The notes under the pieces were generated by a model. That model saw only the letters and a program-made list of their open reading frames with translations, ran no database searches and was not told where the DNA came from. DNA of 64,000 nt, taken from positions 635 through 64,634 of the forward strand of contig CAJJAI010000004.1 of the NCBI GenBank assembly GCA_905182215.1, written 5' to 3'. The position numbers were made by a program, and so were the translations under genes. Source of the DNA: Flavobacteriales bacterium UBA6772 (GTDB lineage Bacteria; Bacteroidota; Bacteroidia; Flavobacteriales; UBA7430). Numbering within the stretch: the first letter of the stretch is position 1; the number at the start of each line of letters is the position of its first letter. Positions 54,396 through 63,233 of this stretch are shown here, one piece after another.

Positions 54396-55361
54396 ATGGC
54401 TAATCATTCTGTAATCAAAGCATTAGATAAAATGGCAGAAACAGTAAAGATATTTTCAGGTAGAGCAACAATGGTATTGGCAGAGGAAATTGCTAAGAAT
54501 TATCGAGTTGACTTAGGGAATATCATTATTTCTGAATTTAGTGATGGTGAATTTATCCCATCTTTTGAAGAAACTGTTCGTGGTGCTAAGGTTTTTATTA
54601 TTCAGTCTACCCCGCCTCCATCTGATAACTTAATGGAGTTATTGTTGATGATTGATGCTGCAAAACGCGCATCTGCAAAACAAATTGTTGCGGTAATGCC
54701 TTATTTCGGTATGGCTCGTCAGGATCGTAAAGACAAACCTAGAGTTCCAATTGGAGCAAAGTTGGTTGCCAACATGCTTACTGCAGCTGGTGCTACTCGT
54801 GTAATGACTTGCGATTTACATGCAGATCAAATTCAAGGTTTCCTTGAGGTTCCTGTAGATCATATGTATGCATCTTCAGTATTTATAGATCACATTAGAG
54901 GATTAAATTTAGAAAACTTAACCATCGCTTCTCCAGACATGGGAGGTTCTAAAAGAGCTCATGCCTATGCTAAGCACTTAGGATGCGAAATGGTTATCTG
55001 TTATAAACATCGCAAAAAAGCCAACGAAATTGGTGATATGCGTGTTATTGGTGAGGTAGAAGGTAGACACGTTGTATTGGTTGACGATATGGTGGATACT
55101 GCTGGAACACTTACCGCTGCTGCAGACATGATGCTTAAACATGGAGCATTGTCTGTAAGAGCCGTTTGCACACACCCTGTTCTTTCAGGTAAAGCATACG
55201 AACGTATTGAAAACTCGCAAATACTAGAGCTTATAGTGACCGATACTTTACCAAGTAAACCTAGTCCTAAAGTAAAAGTATTAAGTATAGCTCCAATGTT
55301 TGCCAACGTGATTAAAAACGTAGTAAATAACGAGTCTATTAGTAAAAACTTTATTAGTTAA
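54396..55361 (+). CDS. prs: ribose-phosphate pyrophosphokinase
   Basis: 321 aa. KIFSG N-terminus, ARQDRK flexible loop, VLVDDMVDTAGT PRPP-binding loop. A TAGATTTG box at 54375-54382 ends only 13 nt before this ATG, so the second ATG at 54432 (MAETVKIFSG) is a real alternative start. Confidence 0.9.
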   Translation: MANHSVIKALDKMAETVKIFSGRATMVLAEEIAKNYRVDLGNIIISEFSDGEFIPSFEETVRGAKVFIIQSTPPPSDNLMELLLMIDAAKRASAKQIVAVMPYFGMARQDRKDKPRVPIGAKLVANMLTAAGATRVMTCDLHADQIQGFLEVPVDHMYASSVFIDHIRGLNLENLTIASPDMGGSKRAHAYAKHLGCEMVICYKHRKKANEIGDMRVIGEVEGRHVVLVDDMVDTAGTLTAAADMMLKHGALSVRAVCTHPVLSGKAYERIENSQILELIVTDTLPSKPSPKVKVLSIAPMFANVIKNVVNNESISKNFIS

Positions 55362-55388
55362 TTAATTACAAACCAAAAATCAAAACAA

Positions 55389-56000
55389 ATGAAATCAGTA
55401 TCTGTTAGCGCTGCAAAGCGTGTAGATTTGGGGAAAAAGGAAGCTAAATTATCTAGAGCTGCTGGAAACGTACCTTGCGTTATTTACGGAGGGAAAACAA
55501 ACCAACACTTTACGGTAAAAGAGATTGCTTTAAACAACCTAGTTTATACACCGAACGTTTATTCGGTGGCGATTGATATTGAGGGTACTACTATTAATGC
55601 CCTTATCAAAGACGTCCAATTCCACCCAGTAACCGATAGAATTCTACACGTAGATTTCATCGAGCTTGTACCTGGTCAGGAAGTAAACACTAAAATCCCT
55701 GTTGTATTTAATGGAAATGCAATTGGTGTGATGAATGGTGGTAAATTACGTAAAACACTTCGTAAATTAAGTGTACGTGCTACTCCAGAAAACTTGCCAG
55801 ATAACGTAACTCTTGAGATCTCTGAAATGAAGATTGGAGAGAAAATTTACGTTAGAGATGTAGAGGCTAAAAACTTCGATATTTTAACATCTGCAACTGC
55901 AGTAATCGTATCTGTTAAAACTGCTCGTGGTGTAGAAGAGGAAGAAGAAGAGGAGGCTGCTGCTGACGCTCCTGCTGCTGACGCTCCTGCTGCAGAATAA
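55389..56000 (+). CDS. rplY: 50S ribosomal protein L25 / general stress protein Ctc
   Basis: 203 aa with a two-domain L25/Ctc pattern (GNVPCVIYGG, HPVTDRILHVDF) and an acidic Ala/Pro-rich tail. Confidence 0.9.
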   Translation: MKSVSVSAAKRVDLGKKEAKLSRAAGNVPCVIYGGKTNQHFTVKEIALNNLVYTPNVYSVAIDIEGTTINALIKDVQFHPVTDRILHVDFIELVPGQEVNTKIPVVFNGNAIGVMNGGKLRKTLRKLSVRATPENLPDNVTLEISEMKIGEKIYVRDVEAKNFDILTSATAVIVSVKTARGVEEEEEEEAAADAPAADAPAAE

Positions 56001-56002
56001 GT

Positions 56003-56569
56003 ATGAAGAAATACCTAATTATAGGTTTAGGTAATATTGGCGCTGAGTATGTAAATACTCGACACAATATAGGCTTTAAGATATTGGACGCACTCGCTGG
56101 TGCGTCCAATATTTCTTTTGAGCCAAATCGTTATGCCGATACGGCAAAACTGAAAATTAAAGGGAGACCCGTTCTTTTGGTGAAACCTACCACTTATATG
56201 AATCTTAGTGGTAAAGCAGTAAGCTACTATATGCAATCCGAGAATATCGCTCCTGAAAACATCCTTGTTATTAGCGACGACATTGCACTCCCTTTTGGAG
56301 CTTTACGCATGCGTACAAAAGGGAGCGACGGTGGACACAATGGTCTCAAGCATATTATTCAAACACTCAAAAGTTCTCAGTTTACGCGTATTAAATTTGG
56401 CCTAGGTAGCGAGTTTTCTTCTGGCAAACAGGTTGATTACGTTCTTGGAGAATGGTCTTCGGAAGAAGAGGTGCAATTAAATGAACGTATAAATAGAGGT
56501 CTTGAAATGGTGAAGAGTTTTGTTTCTATAGGTGCCGGACAAACTATGACCCATTTTAACGGGAAGTAG
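56003..56569 (+). CDS. pth: peptidyl-tRNA hydrolase
   Basis: 188 aa. LIIGLGNIGAEYVNTRHNIGF and GSDGGHNGLK motifs. Confidence 0.92.
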   Translation: MKKYLIIGLGNIGAEYVNTRHNIGFKILDALAGASNISFEPNRYADTAKLKIKGRPVLLVKPTTYMNLSGKAVSYYMQSENIAPENILVISDDIALPFGALRMRTKGSDGGHNGLKHIIQTLKSSQFTRIKFGLGSEFSSGKQVDYVLGEWSSEEEVQLNERINRGLEMVKSFVSIGAGQTMTHFNGK

Positions 56570-56748
56570 ATTCAGGTCTATTATATTTATCTCAATCAAA
56601 CGAACACTCTTTAACAGAGTTTATTACGTTATGCTTATCTTTACCAAAATCCTTGTTTAGAGGATCTTACCTAGTTTGTTTTTATTCTGAGAATCACAGA
56701 AATGGTATGGATATTGATGGTGTGACATCAAAATAACACTAGAATTAT

Positions 56749-57456
56749 ATGAAAACTCTTTTTACTTCTTTTATTATACTCATAAGCTTTTCAATGTCTG
56801 CTCAAATGAGCGATTGTTGTATTAATCCGGACTGGATTGACCCTACAGCGATGTGTTCCTCGGATTGGGATCCCGTTGTAGGTTGTGATGGCGTAACTTA
56901 CAGCAACGCTTGTGGAGCCGAGACATCTGGTGTAACAGCGTGGACTAATGGTGCTGGACAGGCAATAACGCTTGAATGGGATTGCGTAACAAGTATGCCT
57001 CTTTGTATTTCATGGTCTGGCATTGAGATTTATGAAACAGGCTTCTGGACAAATCCTAACGATCCTTGTGAAATGGGTGAGTGTGGTCCGAATGGTGAGT
57101 TTTATGGAATCGCAATTGATTGTGCACAATGGATGGGCGCACCTTGTGATGGTGAGTGGGTGCTAGAAGATGGAGAGTGTTGTGCTGCCTGTATTGAAAC
57201 ACCAGTCTCAGATTGTGAAAACATTACGATTACATTAACAAGTGGTTGGAATATGATAGGTTTTGCTTGTGATGAAAATACAGATGCAATAGCATCTTTT
57301 GCATCTATTCAGAATAAAATTATTATTGCCAAAGACGGTGTTGGTAATGCATACCTTCCAGACTGGGGCTTTAATGGTATTGGAGATCTACAAAGAGGGT
57401 ATGGGTATTTAATAAAAGTATCTGAGGAAATTACAGAGTATAATATTTGTGAATAA
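56749..57456 (+). CDS. 235-aa secreted cysteine-rich protein, mini-paralog of the giant T9SS protein (Kazal-like + VWC-like + GWN/AYLP module, no T9SS tail)
   Basis: Signal peptide MKTLFTSFIILISFSMSAQ. DPVVGCDGVTYSNAC (Kazal-like core). ...DGECCAAC (VWC C-terminal CC-x2-C). SGWNMIGF...IIIAKDGVGNAYLPDWGFNGIGDLQRGYGYLIKV aligns with the giant protein at aa 1380-1445. Confidence 0.85.
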   Translation: MKTLFTSFIILISFSMSAQMSDCCINPDWIDPTAMCSSDWDPVVGCDGVTYSNACGAETSGVTAWTNGAGQAITLEWDCVTSMPLCISWSGIEIYETGFWTNPNDPCEMGECGPNGEFYGIAIDCAQWMGAPCDGEWVLEDGECCAACIETPVSDCENITITLTSGWNMIGFACDENTDAIASFASIQNKIIIAKDGVGNAYLPDWGFNGIGDLQRGYGYLIKVSEEITEYNICE

Positions 57457-57660
57457 AGCTACCCTGTTAACATAAGCCAAAAATCACTCCACAAATATAT
57501 AGGTAAGTTTGATGGCGCAATAAAGGATTATCAAAATTCTAAATAGGAAAAATAGAACTCAATTTCAGTTGACTAATTAATATTCATTAAAAGGCTCTGA
57601 AGAAATTACAAATTTTAACGTTTGTAATTAACCGCATAAGTCATTAAGTTCATGAATTAA

Positions 57661-57695
57661 AAAAACATCATCAATATGTTATTGATGATGTTTTT
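57661..57695. terminator. bidirectional terminator between convergent genes
   Basis: Perfect 16-bp stem AAAAACATCATCAATA / TATTGATGATGTTTTT with a 3-nt loop. Confidence 0.8.
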
Positions 57696-57713
57696 TATTG
57701 ATGATTATAATAC

Positions 57714-58931
57714 TTAGTGATTAAGTGTATTTATTTCTCTCCACTTTAATTTATGGTCGTTGTAAATTTGAGCTTCAAAGTTCTTCGCTGGGTCAAATAT
57801 TTTTTCTTTTGTAAGGGGTTGTATATTTTCTATAAGAGTATTGTTGACATTAAATACTTGGTAAAACATAGCGTTGAATTGTTTGTTAGGTTTGAATAAT
57901 TTTTTCTTTTCAATCTCAATATACGCTTCAATTTCTATAAAATCGAGGTACCACACCTCATTAATTTTTCTGTAACTTCTATTTGACTTTACCTTTGGAT
58001 CTTCTATCCCATAACCATATAAAAATAAAAGAGGTCTAATTTTGAGGGGGATTTTAATAAATGCTTCGTAGTTAATAGATGCAATAGCATAGGAGCCTCG
58101 CTCAATAAGTATTAAGCCAGAAAGCTCCATATGGAAAATGCGCTTTATACTCTTAAACAATATTGTGTGGTAACCTGGAGTTTCTTTTGGACTAAATCTA
58201 TATTCAAACCGGTTAAAATTTAAGCTATCTAAGAAAATATCTTGCTCATTCGTGTTTGTTTTCCCTCTTTCTAAAATAAAGTCGGGGCTATTAAATTGTC
58301 CGCCTAAATCTATTGAGGTTTCCTCATAGAAGACCGCCATTTCTTCTTGGTTAATCTCATTTTTTTTGTGCAATATTAATTGGTGATCTATAGAATCATT
58401 TTTACTATGATGGTAGGAGTTAAAAAAGGATTCTTCATGAGATAGCTTTTCTTTATTAACCGTTATTTCATTACTAAAGTAAGCCTCAGTTACGTAAGAA
58501 GATTTAGGGAAATTAACAGGCATATTTTTTACAGCCAACTTTATATAATCTATTGGCTGTAATGGTGTTAACACTACCTCAGAAATAGTATAGTTAGAAG
58601 TTAACAGTCCTACACTTAAGCTTTGACTAATTGTATCTATAAGAATCTCTGTTTTTTCATATCCAATAAAACTAATCTCTAAGGTGTCCATTGTATGTTT
58701 TTCTGGAATAATAAATGAAAACTCACCACCACTATTTGCCACCGTGCCTTTAAACTTGTTTTTTAAATTAATTGAGGCAAAAGGTAGGCTGCCCTTACTT
58801 TCTGCATCATAAACAGCGCCTTTTATTGTCAGATGTACTTGCGCAGCACTGCTATACACAAAAAGAATCGAGTTAAAAAAAAATAATATTGTAGCGAGGC
58901 TACTAAGACGAATAGACTTTAAGGGGATCAT
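57714..58931 (-). CDS. CarboxypepD_reg-like domain protein (secreted, function unknown)
   Basis: 405 aa with a signal peptide. N-terminal IKGAVYDAESKGSLPFASINLKNKFKGTVANSGGEFSF matches the carboxypeptidase-regulatory-like beta-sandwich pattern. Confidence 0.6.
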   Translation of the reverse strand: MIPLKSIRLSSLATILFFFNSILFVYSSAAQVHLTIKGAVYDAESKGSLPFASINLKNKFKGTVANSGGEFSFIIPEKHTMDTLEISFIGYEKTEILIDTISQSLSVGLLTSNYTISEVVLTPLQPIDYIKLAVKNMPVNFPKSSYVTEAYFSNEITVNKEKLSHEESFFNSYHHSKNDSIDHQLILHKKNEINQEEMAVFYEETSIDLGGQFNSPDFILERGKTNTNEQDIFLDSLNFNRFEYRFSPKETPGYHTILFKSIKRIFHMELSGLILIERGSYAIASINYEAFIKIPLKIRPLLFLYGYGIEDPKVKSNRSYRKINEVWYLDFIEIEAYIEIEKKKLFKPNKQFNAMFYQVFNVNNTLIENIQPLTKEKIFDPAKNFEAQIYNDHKLKWREINTLNH

Positions 58932-59040
58932 TCATTTATAGGTTTACTCATAATTTATCTCAAAGTTAGTTTAAAGTCGTTTGTCGTCAAAAAGAGTAAT
59001 TTATCTATATGTTTGGATGTTTTTTCTAATCAAAAATTAG

Positions 59041-59072
59041 ACCATACATATTATTAATATAATATGTATGGT
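59041..59072 (-). terminator. hairpin downstream of glmS
   Basis: Perfect 13-bp AT-rich stem ACCATACATATTA / TAATATGTATGGT, 6-nt loop. On the minus strand it is followed by CTAATTTTTG. Confidence 0.55.
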
Positions 59073-59150
59073 AAATTATCTGTCAGATTTTTATTAGAAA
59101 ATTTCTAAAGAATTTTTGAATTGAAAGGTCACTAAATTATTGGTGCCTAC

Positions 59151-60992
59151 CTACTCTACCGTAACACTTTTAGCAAGGTTACGAGGTTGATCTATATTAC
59201 ATCCTCGCATAACAGCGATATGATAAGAAATGAGTTGTAGTGGTATCGAAGTCACTAACGGACTCAATCGTTCATCTACATATGGAACTTCAATTACATG
59301 ATCTGCAATCTTACTAATCACGGTGTCACCTTGTGTAACAACAGCAATAATTTTTCCTTCTCTAGCTTTAATTTCTTGAATATTACTGACCACCTTTTCG
59401 TAGTGCTCGGTTTTTGTAGCGACTACCACCGTTGGCATCTCCTCGTCTATCAAAGCAATAGGACCGTGTTTCATTTCTGCAGCAGGGTAACCCTCTGCGT
59501 GTATATAAGAGATTTCCTTTAGCTTAAGTGCACCCTCTAATGCAACAGGGAAATTAATTCCTCTACCTAGAAACAAGCAATTAGCAACGTCTTTATATAC
59601 ACTAGCAATGTATTTTGCTTGTGCATCCACTTTTAAAGTTTCAGCAACTTTGTCTGGCATTCCATCAAGCTCATTTATCAACTGGCGGAATTTAGACTCT
59701 GTAATAGTTCCCTTTTTCCTCGCCAATGTTAAGGCTATAAGTGTAAATATAGTTACTTGTGCAGTAAATGCTTTGGTAGAAGCTACACCTATTTCTGGAC
59801 CTGCATGTGTATAAGCTCCAGCATGTGCTTCTCTTGCAATACTAGATCCTACTACGTTACATACCCCAAATATTGTAGCTCCTTTTTCCTTCGCTAATTT
59901 TATTGCCGAAAGCGTATCGGCAGTTTCACCAGATTGAGAAACGGCAATGACTATATCGCGCTCCGTAATAATAGGATTTCGGTATCTAAATTCCGAAGCG
60001 TATTCTACTTCAACAGGAATTCTTGCTAAGTCTTCAATTAGGTATTCTGCCACTAAACCAGCGTGCCATGAAGTACCACAAGCCACAATTATAATACGAT
60101 CGGCGCTAAGGAATTTATTTTTAAACTCATTAAATCCACCTAATTGTATCGTACCTTCATTAACTAATAATCGACCTCTAAGCGTGTCGAAAATAGACTT
60201 AGGTTGCTCGTTAATTTCTTTTAACATAAAGTGATCGTAACCACCTTTTTCTATAGACTCTAATTCTATCTCTAACTCCTGTACGTAAGGAGTTTTTATT
60301 TCGTTAGTTATACTTTTTAACTCCATCCCATTAGACAGCGATAAAATAGCTAACTCTTCTTCTTCTAAATAAACAGCTTGTTTGGTGTACTCTATAAAAG
60401 GAGTGGCATCAGAGGCGATATAATATTCACCTTCGCCAATACCAATAACTAAAGGACTTCCTTTTTTAGCGACTACAATTTGATCGTGATTACCCTCTTC
60501 TATTACAGCAATTGCGTATGCTCCAACTACCTGATTTAAGGCAATTCTTACTGCTTCTGCAAGCGCTACTTTTTCGCTCAACAAAATATCCTCTATTAGG
60601 TTTACTAAAACCTCTGTATCTGTATCGCTCTTAAATGTAAAGCCACGTCCTTGTAAACGCTCTTTTATGGATGCGTAATTCTCTATAATACCATTGTGAA
60701 TAATGGCAATGTTTTTTGATTGAGAATAATGTGGGTGTGAGTTTTCGTCGCTAGGAATTCCGTGGGTAGCCCAGCGGGTATGACCTATTCCAAGTGTAGC
60801 TTTAGGTGTTTCAGAAGGCATAATCCCTTCCATTTTAATCACCTTGCCTTGCTTCTTAAAGATCTCTATTCCATTACCGTTTAGAAGGGCAACTCCAGCA
60901 CTGTCGTATCCACGATATTCTAATCGCTTTAAACCTTTTACTAATATTGGGTAAGCTTCTTTAGGGCCTATATATCCTACTATTCCACACAT
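59151..60992 (-). CDS. glmS: glutamine--fructose-6-phosphate aminotransferase (isomerising)
   Basis: 613 aa. N-terminal MCGIVGY (Ntn Cys), two SIS domains, and the C-terminal ...LAKSVTVE typical ending. Confidence 0.97.
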   Translation of the reverse strand: MCGIVGYIGPKEAYPILVKGLKRLEYRGYDSAGVALLNGNGIEIFKKQGKVIKMEGIMPSETPKATLGIGHTRWATHGIPSDENSHPHYSQSKNIAIIHNGIIENYASIKERLQGRGFTFKSDTDTEVLVNLIEDILLSEKVALAEAVRIALNQVVGAYAIAVIEEGNHDQIVVAKKGSPLVIGIGEGEYYIASDATPFIEYTKQAVYLEEEELAILSLSNGMELKSITNEIKTPYVQELEIELESIEKGGYDHFMLKEINEQPKSIFDTLRGRLLVNEGTIQLGGFNEFKNKFLSADRIIIVACGTSWHAGLVAEYLIEDLARIPVEVEYASEFRYRNPIITERDIVIAVSQSGETADTLSAIKLAKEKGATIFGVCNVVGSSIAREAHAGAYTHAGPEIGVASTKAFTAQVTIFTLIALTLARKKGTITESKFRQLINELDGMPDKVAETLKVDAQAKYIASVYKDVANCLFLGRGINFPVALEGALKLKEISYIHAEGYPAAEMKHGPIALIDEEMPTVVVATKTEHYEKVVSNIQEIKAREGKIIAVVTQGDTVISKIADHVIEVPYVDERLSPLVTSIPLQLISYHIAVMRGCNIDQPRNLAKSVTVE

Positions 60993-61035
60993 AATTAATT
61001 GGTTAGGGGGGTCTTATTAAATTGTAATATAAGTA

Positions 61036-62313
61036 TTATTGTTTAGATACAAATAGCCTGAGGCTAATTGTATTTTCTGTTCCATTAGATAGTAGTACTC
61101 TTTCTGGATTTAAAACAGATGAGGGTACATACAAAGCCAATTTGTTTGTATAGCCTTCTGCAATAACTTTATGTATATAACGAGCTATGTTAAAAGTGTA
61201 TGTCTGGTCTAGTACATTCGAATTACCATCAAAATAGCTAGCACCTTGAATGTTTTGATCTTCTGTTAAGACCTCTAATTTACCTTCGCTATTTACTGCT
61301 GCTAATCCTAGTTTACTTGGGATTGTGAAGACGCTGTCGTTCACAGAAAAGAAATAAGGAAATGTAAGCTCTGCTTTATGAATCACATAATTAGAGTCTT
61401 TTAAGCTCTCTAAGGACGGTAATGTAATATAGGTCCTTAATCCTGCACCACCTTGTACATAGGCTACATCAATATCGTCTTCTAACAGTAAGCTTTCAAT
61501 GTTTGTTGACGAATAGTCGTGAGACCAACGTGTCATTTTATCGGCATTACTATTAATCTGAAAGTCGTAAGTCAACGAATCTGACTCGGTATTGTGGTAA
61601 TACAAAGTTATTTTACTTTGTGTGTCAAGTAAATCTAATTCAAGTAGTAAGCCACCAGTATTTACTTGTTCGCAAGAAATATAAAGACCATTAAAAAACT
61701 CTTGAAAAGCTGTATTGTCTACAAAATTCTCTGGGTTTGCATCTAAAAAAGATTGTGCCAAATCGTTTGTAAGCGCTAAGCTTATCGTAGTATTTGTTTT
61801 AGGCTCTGCGTTATACGCAAGCGAAGCCAAATTAATATTGTCTATTTCAAAATTCTGACTCGAGTAAAAAGTAATGGTACTATCCTCTCCTAAGCTGTCT
61901 GTAGCAGAAGTTACAATTTGCTCTAACATTTCTTGAACGTTAATATTTAAGGTAGAAGTTGTGTCGCCATAGTAACTCTCTAATTTTAGAGTCAGAATCA
62001 TTGAATCTGCAACAGCATCATCTCCAAAAACAACATCCGAAGAGGGTGTTCTAAATTCGGTGTAAATGGCAGCGTCGCTAACACCAAAGTCAGCTTCGTT
62101 TATAGAACCTAAAAAGGAAGTAGAGGTGTTTAAACTCGATAAAGAATCTTCTTTGTGAATACTTGCCTTAATTTCTAAGGTGTCGAAAGACAACATTATC
62201 ATGTCGTCCAAGGCAATAAGTTGAGATCCTAGTTCATTCCAGTCCTTTTTACAGGCCGAAAATAGGGAGACTACAACTACAAGAGTTGAGATACGAAAAA
62301 TGGACTTTAGCAT
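61036..62313 (-). CDS. DUF4270-family lipoprotein
   Basis: 425 aa. Lipoprotein signal VVVVSLFSAC. Its position between glmS and the short glycogen-synthase gene is the conserved Flavobacteriia context for DUF4270 as I recall it. Confidence 0.6.
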   Translation of the reverse strand: MLKSIFRISTLVVVVSLFSACKKDWNELGSQLIALDDMIMLSFDTLEIKASIHKEDSLSSLNTSTSFLGSINEADFGVSDAAIYTEFRTPSSDVVFGDDAVADSMILTLKLESYYGDTTSTLNINVQEMLEQIVTSATDSLGEDSTITFYSSQNFEIDNINLASLAYNAEPKTNTTISLALTNDLAQSFLDANPENFVDNTAFQEFFNGLYISCEQVNTGGLLLELDLLDTQSKITLYYHNTESDSLTYDFQINSNADKMTRWSHDYSSTNIESLLLEDDIDVAYVQGGAGLRTYITLPSLESLKDSNYVIHKAELTFPYFFSVNDSVFTIPSKLGLAAVNSEGKLEVLTEDQNIQGASYFDGNSNVLDQTYTFNIARYIHKVIAEGYTNKLALYVPSSVLNPERVLLSNGTENTISLRLFVSKQ

Positions 62314-62316
62314 AAA

Positions 62317-63123
62317 TTAATCCTCAAATAAACTTTCATAAAATGGCTTGTATTGCTCTTTGTATTCGCTGTCAGCAAATTCTAAAGTTGGCAATTTCGC
62401 AGACTTAATCATTTTGTTCAAGTCAGCGTCAAGCTCCGAACTACCCTTAACAACGGCGTCAGAATATTTTATTGCAGTTTCAATAAGTTTCTTATTGTCT
62501 GCAGCATCAAATCCAGCAACATCCTCATCAGAGAATCCATCAAATTTCATTTTATCTGCAAGACCTTCATTTAAAGTACCTTCAAAAGAGTGGTCGTAGA
62601 AAGAGAATACAACTTTCGTTTTTTCGAAAATCGGATCATCGTGGTAGAACTTCTTTAAGTACATCGGTAAGAAACTTGCCATCCATCCATTACAGTGAAT
62701 TACATCTGGAGACCAACCTAGTTTTTTTACAGATTCTATTACACCACGACAGAAGAATAAAGCTCTCTCGTCGTTGTCTTCATAGAATTTCTCTTTTTTG
62801 TCTACCGTAGTAAACTTGCGCTTAAAGTACTCATCGTTGTCTATAAAGTACACTTGCATTCTCGCTTGAGGAATAGAAGCTACCTTGATAATTAAAGGTT
62901 GATCGATATCGTTTACAATCAAATTCATCCCCGAAAGGCGAATTACTTCGTGTAATTGATGCCTTCTTTCGTTAATAGATCCAAAACGTGGCATAAACAA
63001 ACGGACTTCAATTCCCGATTCGTTCATCGCTTGAGGTAAAAAGCGAGCTGTTTTAGAGAGATCGTTTGCAGGTAAATACGGAGTAATTTCCTGGGAAACG
63101 TATAATATTCTTTTCTTAGCCAT
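62317..63123 (-). CDS. glycogen/starch synthase-family protein (short, N-terminal-domain form)
   Basis: 268 aa. ILYVSQEITPY, HCNGWMASFLPMY resemble the GT5 glycogen synthase N-terminal half. Divergent from panC. Confidence 0.7.
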   Translation of the reverse strand: MAKKRILYVSQEITPYLPANDLSKTARFLPQAMNESGIEVRLFMPRFGSINERRHQLHEVIRLSGMNLIVNDIDQPLIIKVASIPQARMQVYFIDNDEYFKRKFTTVDKKEKFYEDNDERALFFCRGVIESVKKLGWSPDVIHCNGWMASFLPMYLKKFYHDDPIFEKTKVVFSFYDHSFEGTLNEGLADKMKFDGFSDEDVAGFDAADNKKLIETAIKYSDAVVKGSSELDADLNKMIKSAKLPTLEFADSEYKEQYKPFYESLFED

Positions 63124-63196
63124 AATGCTAGTTTCTTTAAACTTGAAATAAGAGGGCGAAAATACAAAATTTTCTGCACTTTATTAAGTTTTTACT

Positions 63197-63204
63197 TAGC
63201 TTTG
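63197..63204 (+). promoter_or_regulatory. candidate -7 box (TAGCTTTG) for panC
   Basis: TAnnTTTG match 30 nt upstream of the panC ATG. Confidence 0.4.
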
Positions 63205-63233
63205 ACGCCACATTTTACTGAATATTAAGGCAA

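Noticed and set aside
57492-57499. TATATTTG -7-like box on the minus strand, pointing antisense into the 3' end of the 235-aa cysteine-rich gene
   Set aside because: By hand estimate TAnnTTTG is expected by chance about once per 1.5-2 kb per strand at this base composition. With no downstream ORF or terminator to give it context, a single match is not evidence for an antisense promoter.
60993-61035. glmS ribozyme or another leader upstream of glmS
   Set aside because: Only 43 nt separate the glmS start from the preceding gene's stop, too short for the ribozyme. That ribozyme is also characteristic mainly of Gram-positive lineages.
62317-63123. Glycogen synthase looks truncated (268 aa, N-terminal half only): possible pseudogene
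   Set aside because: The ORF is intact, with clean start and stop and tight spacing to DUF4270. As far as I recall this short form, in this exact panC/glmS neighbourhood, is the normal state in Flavobacteriia.
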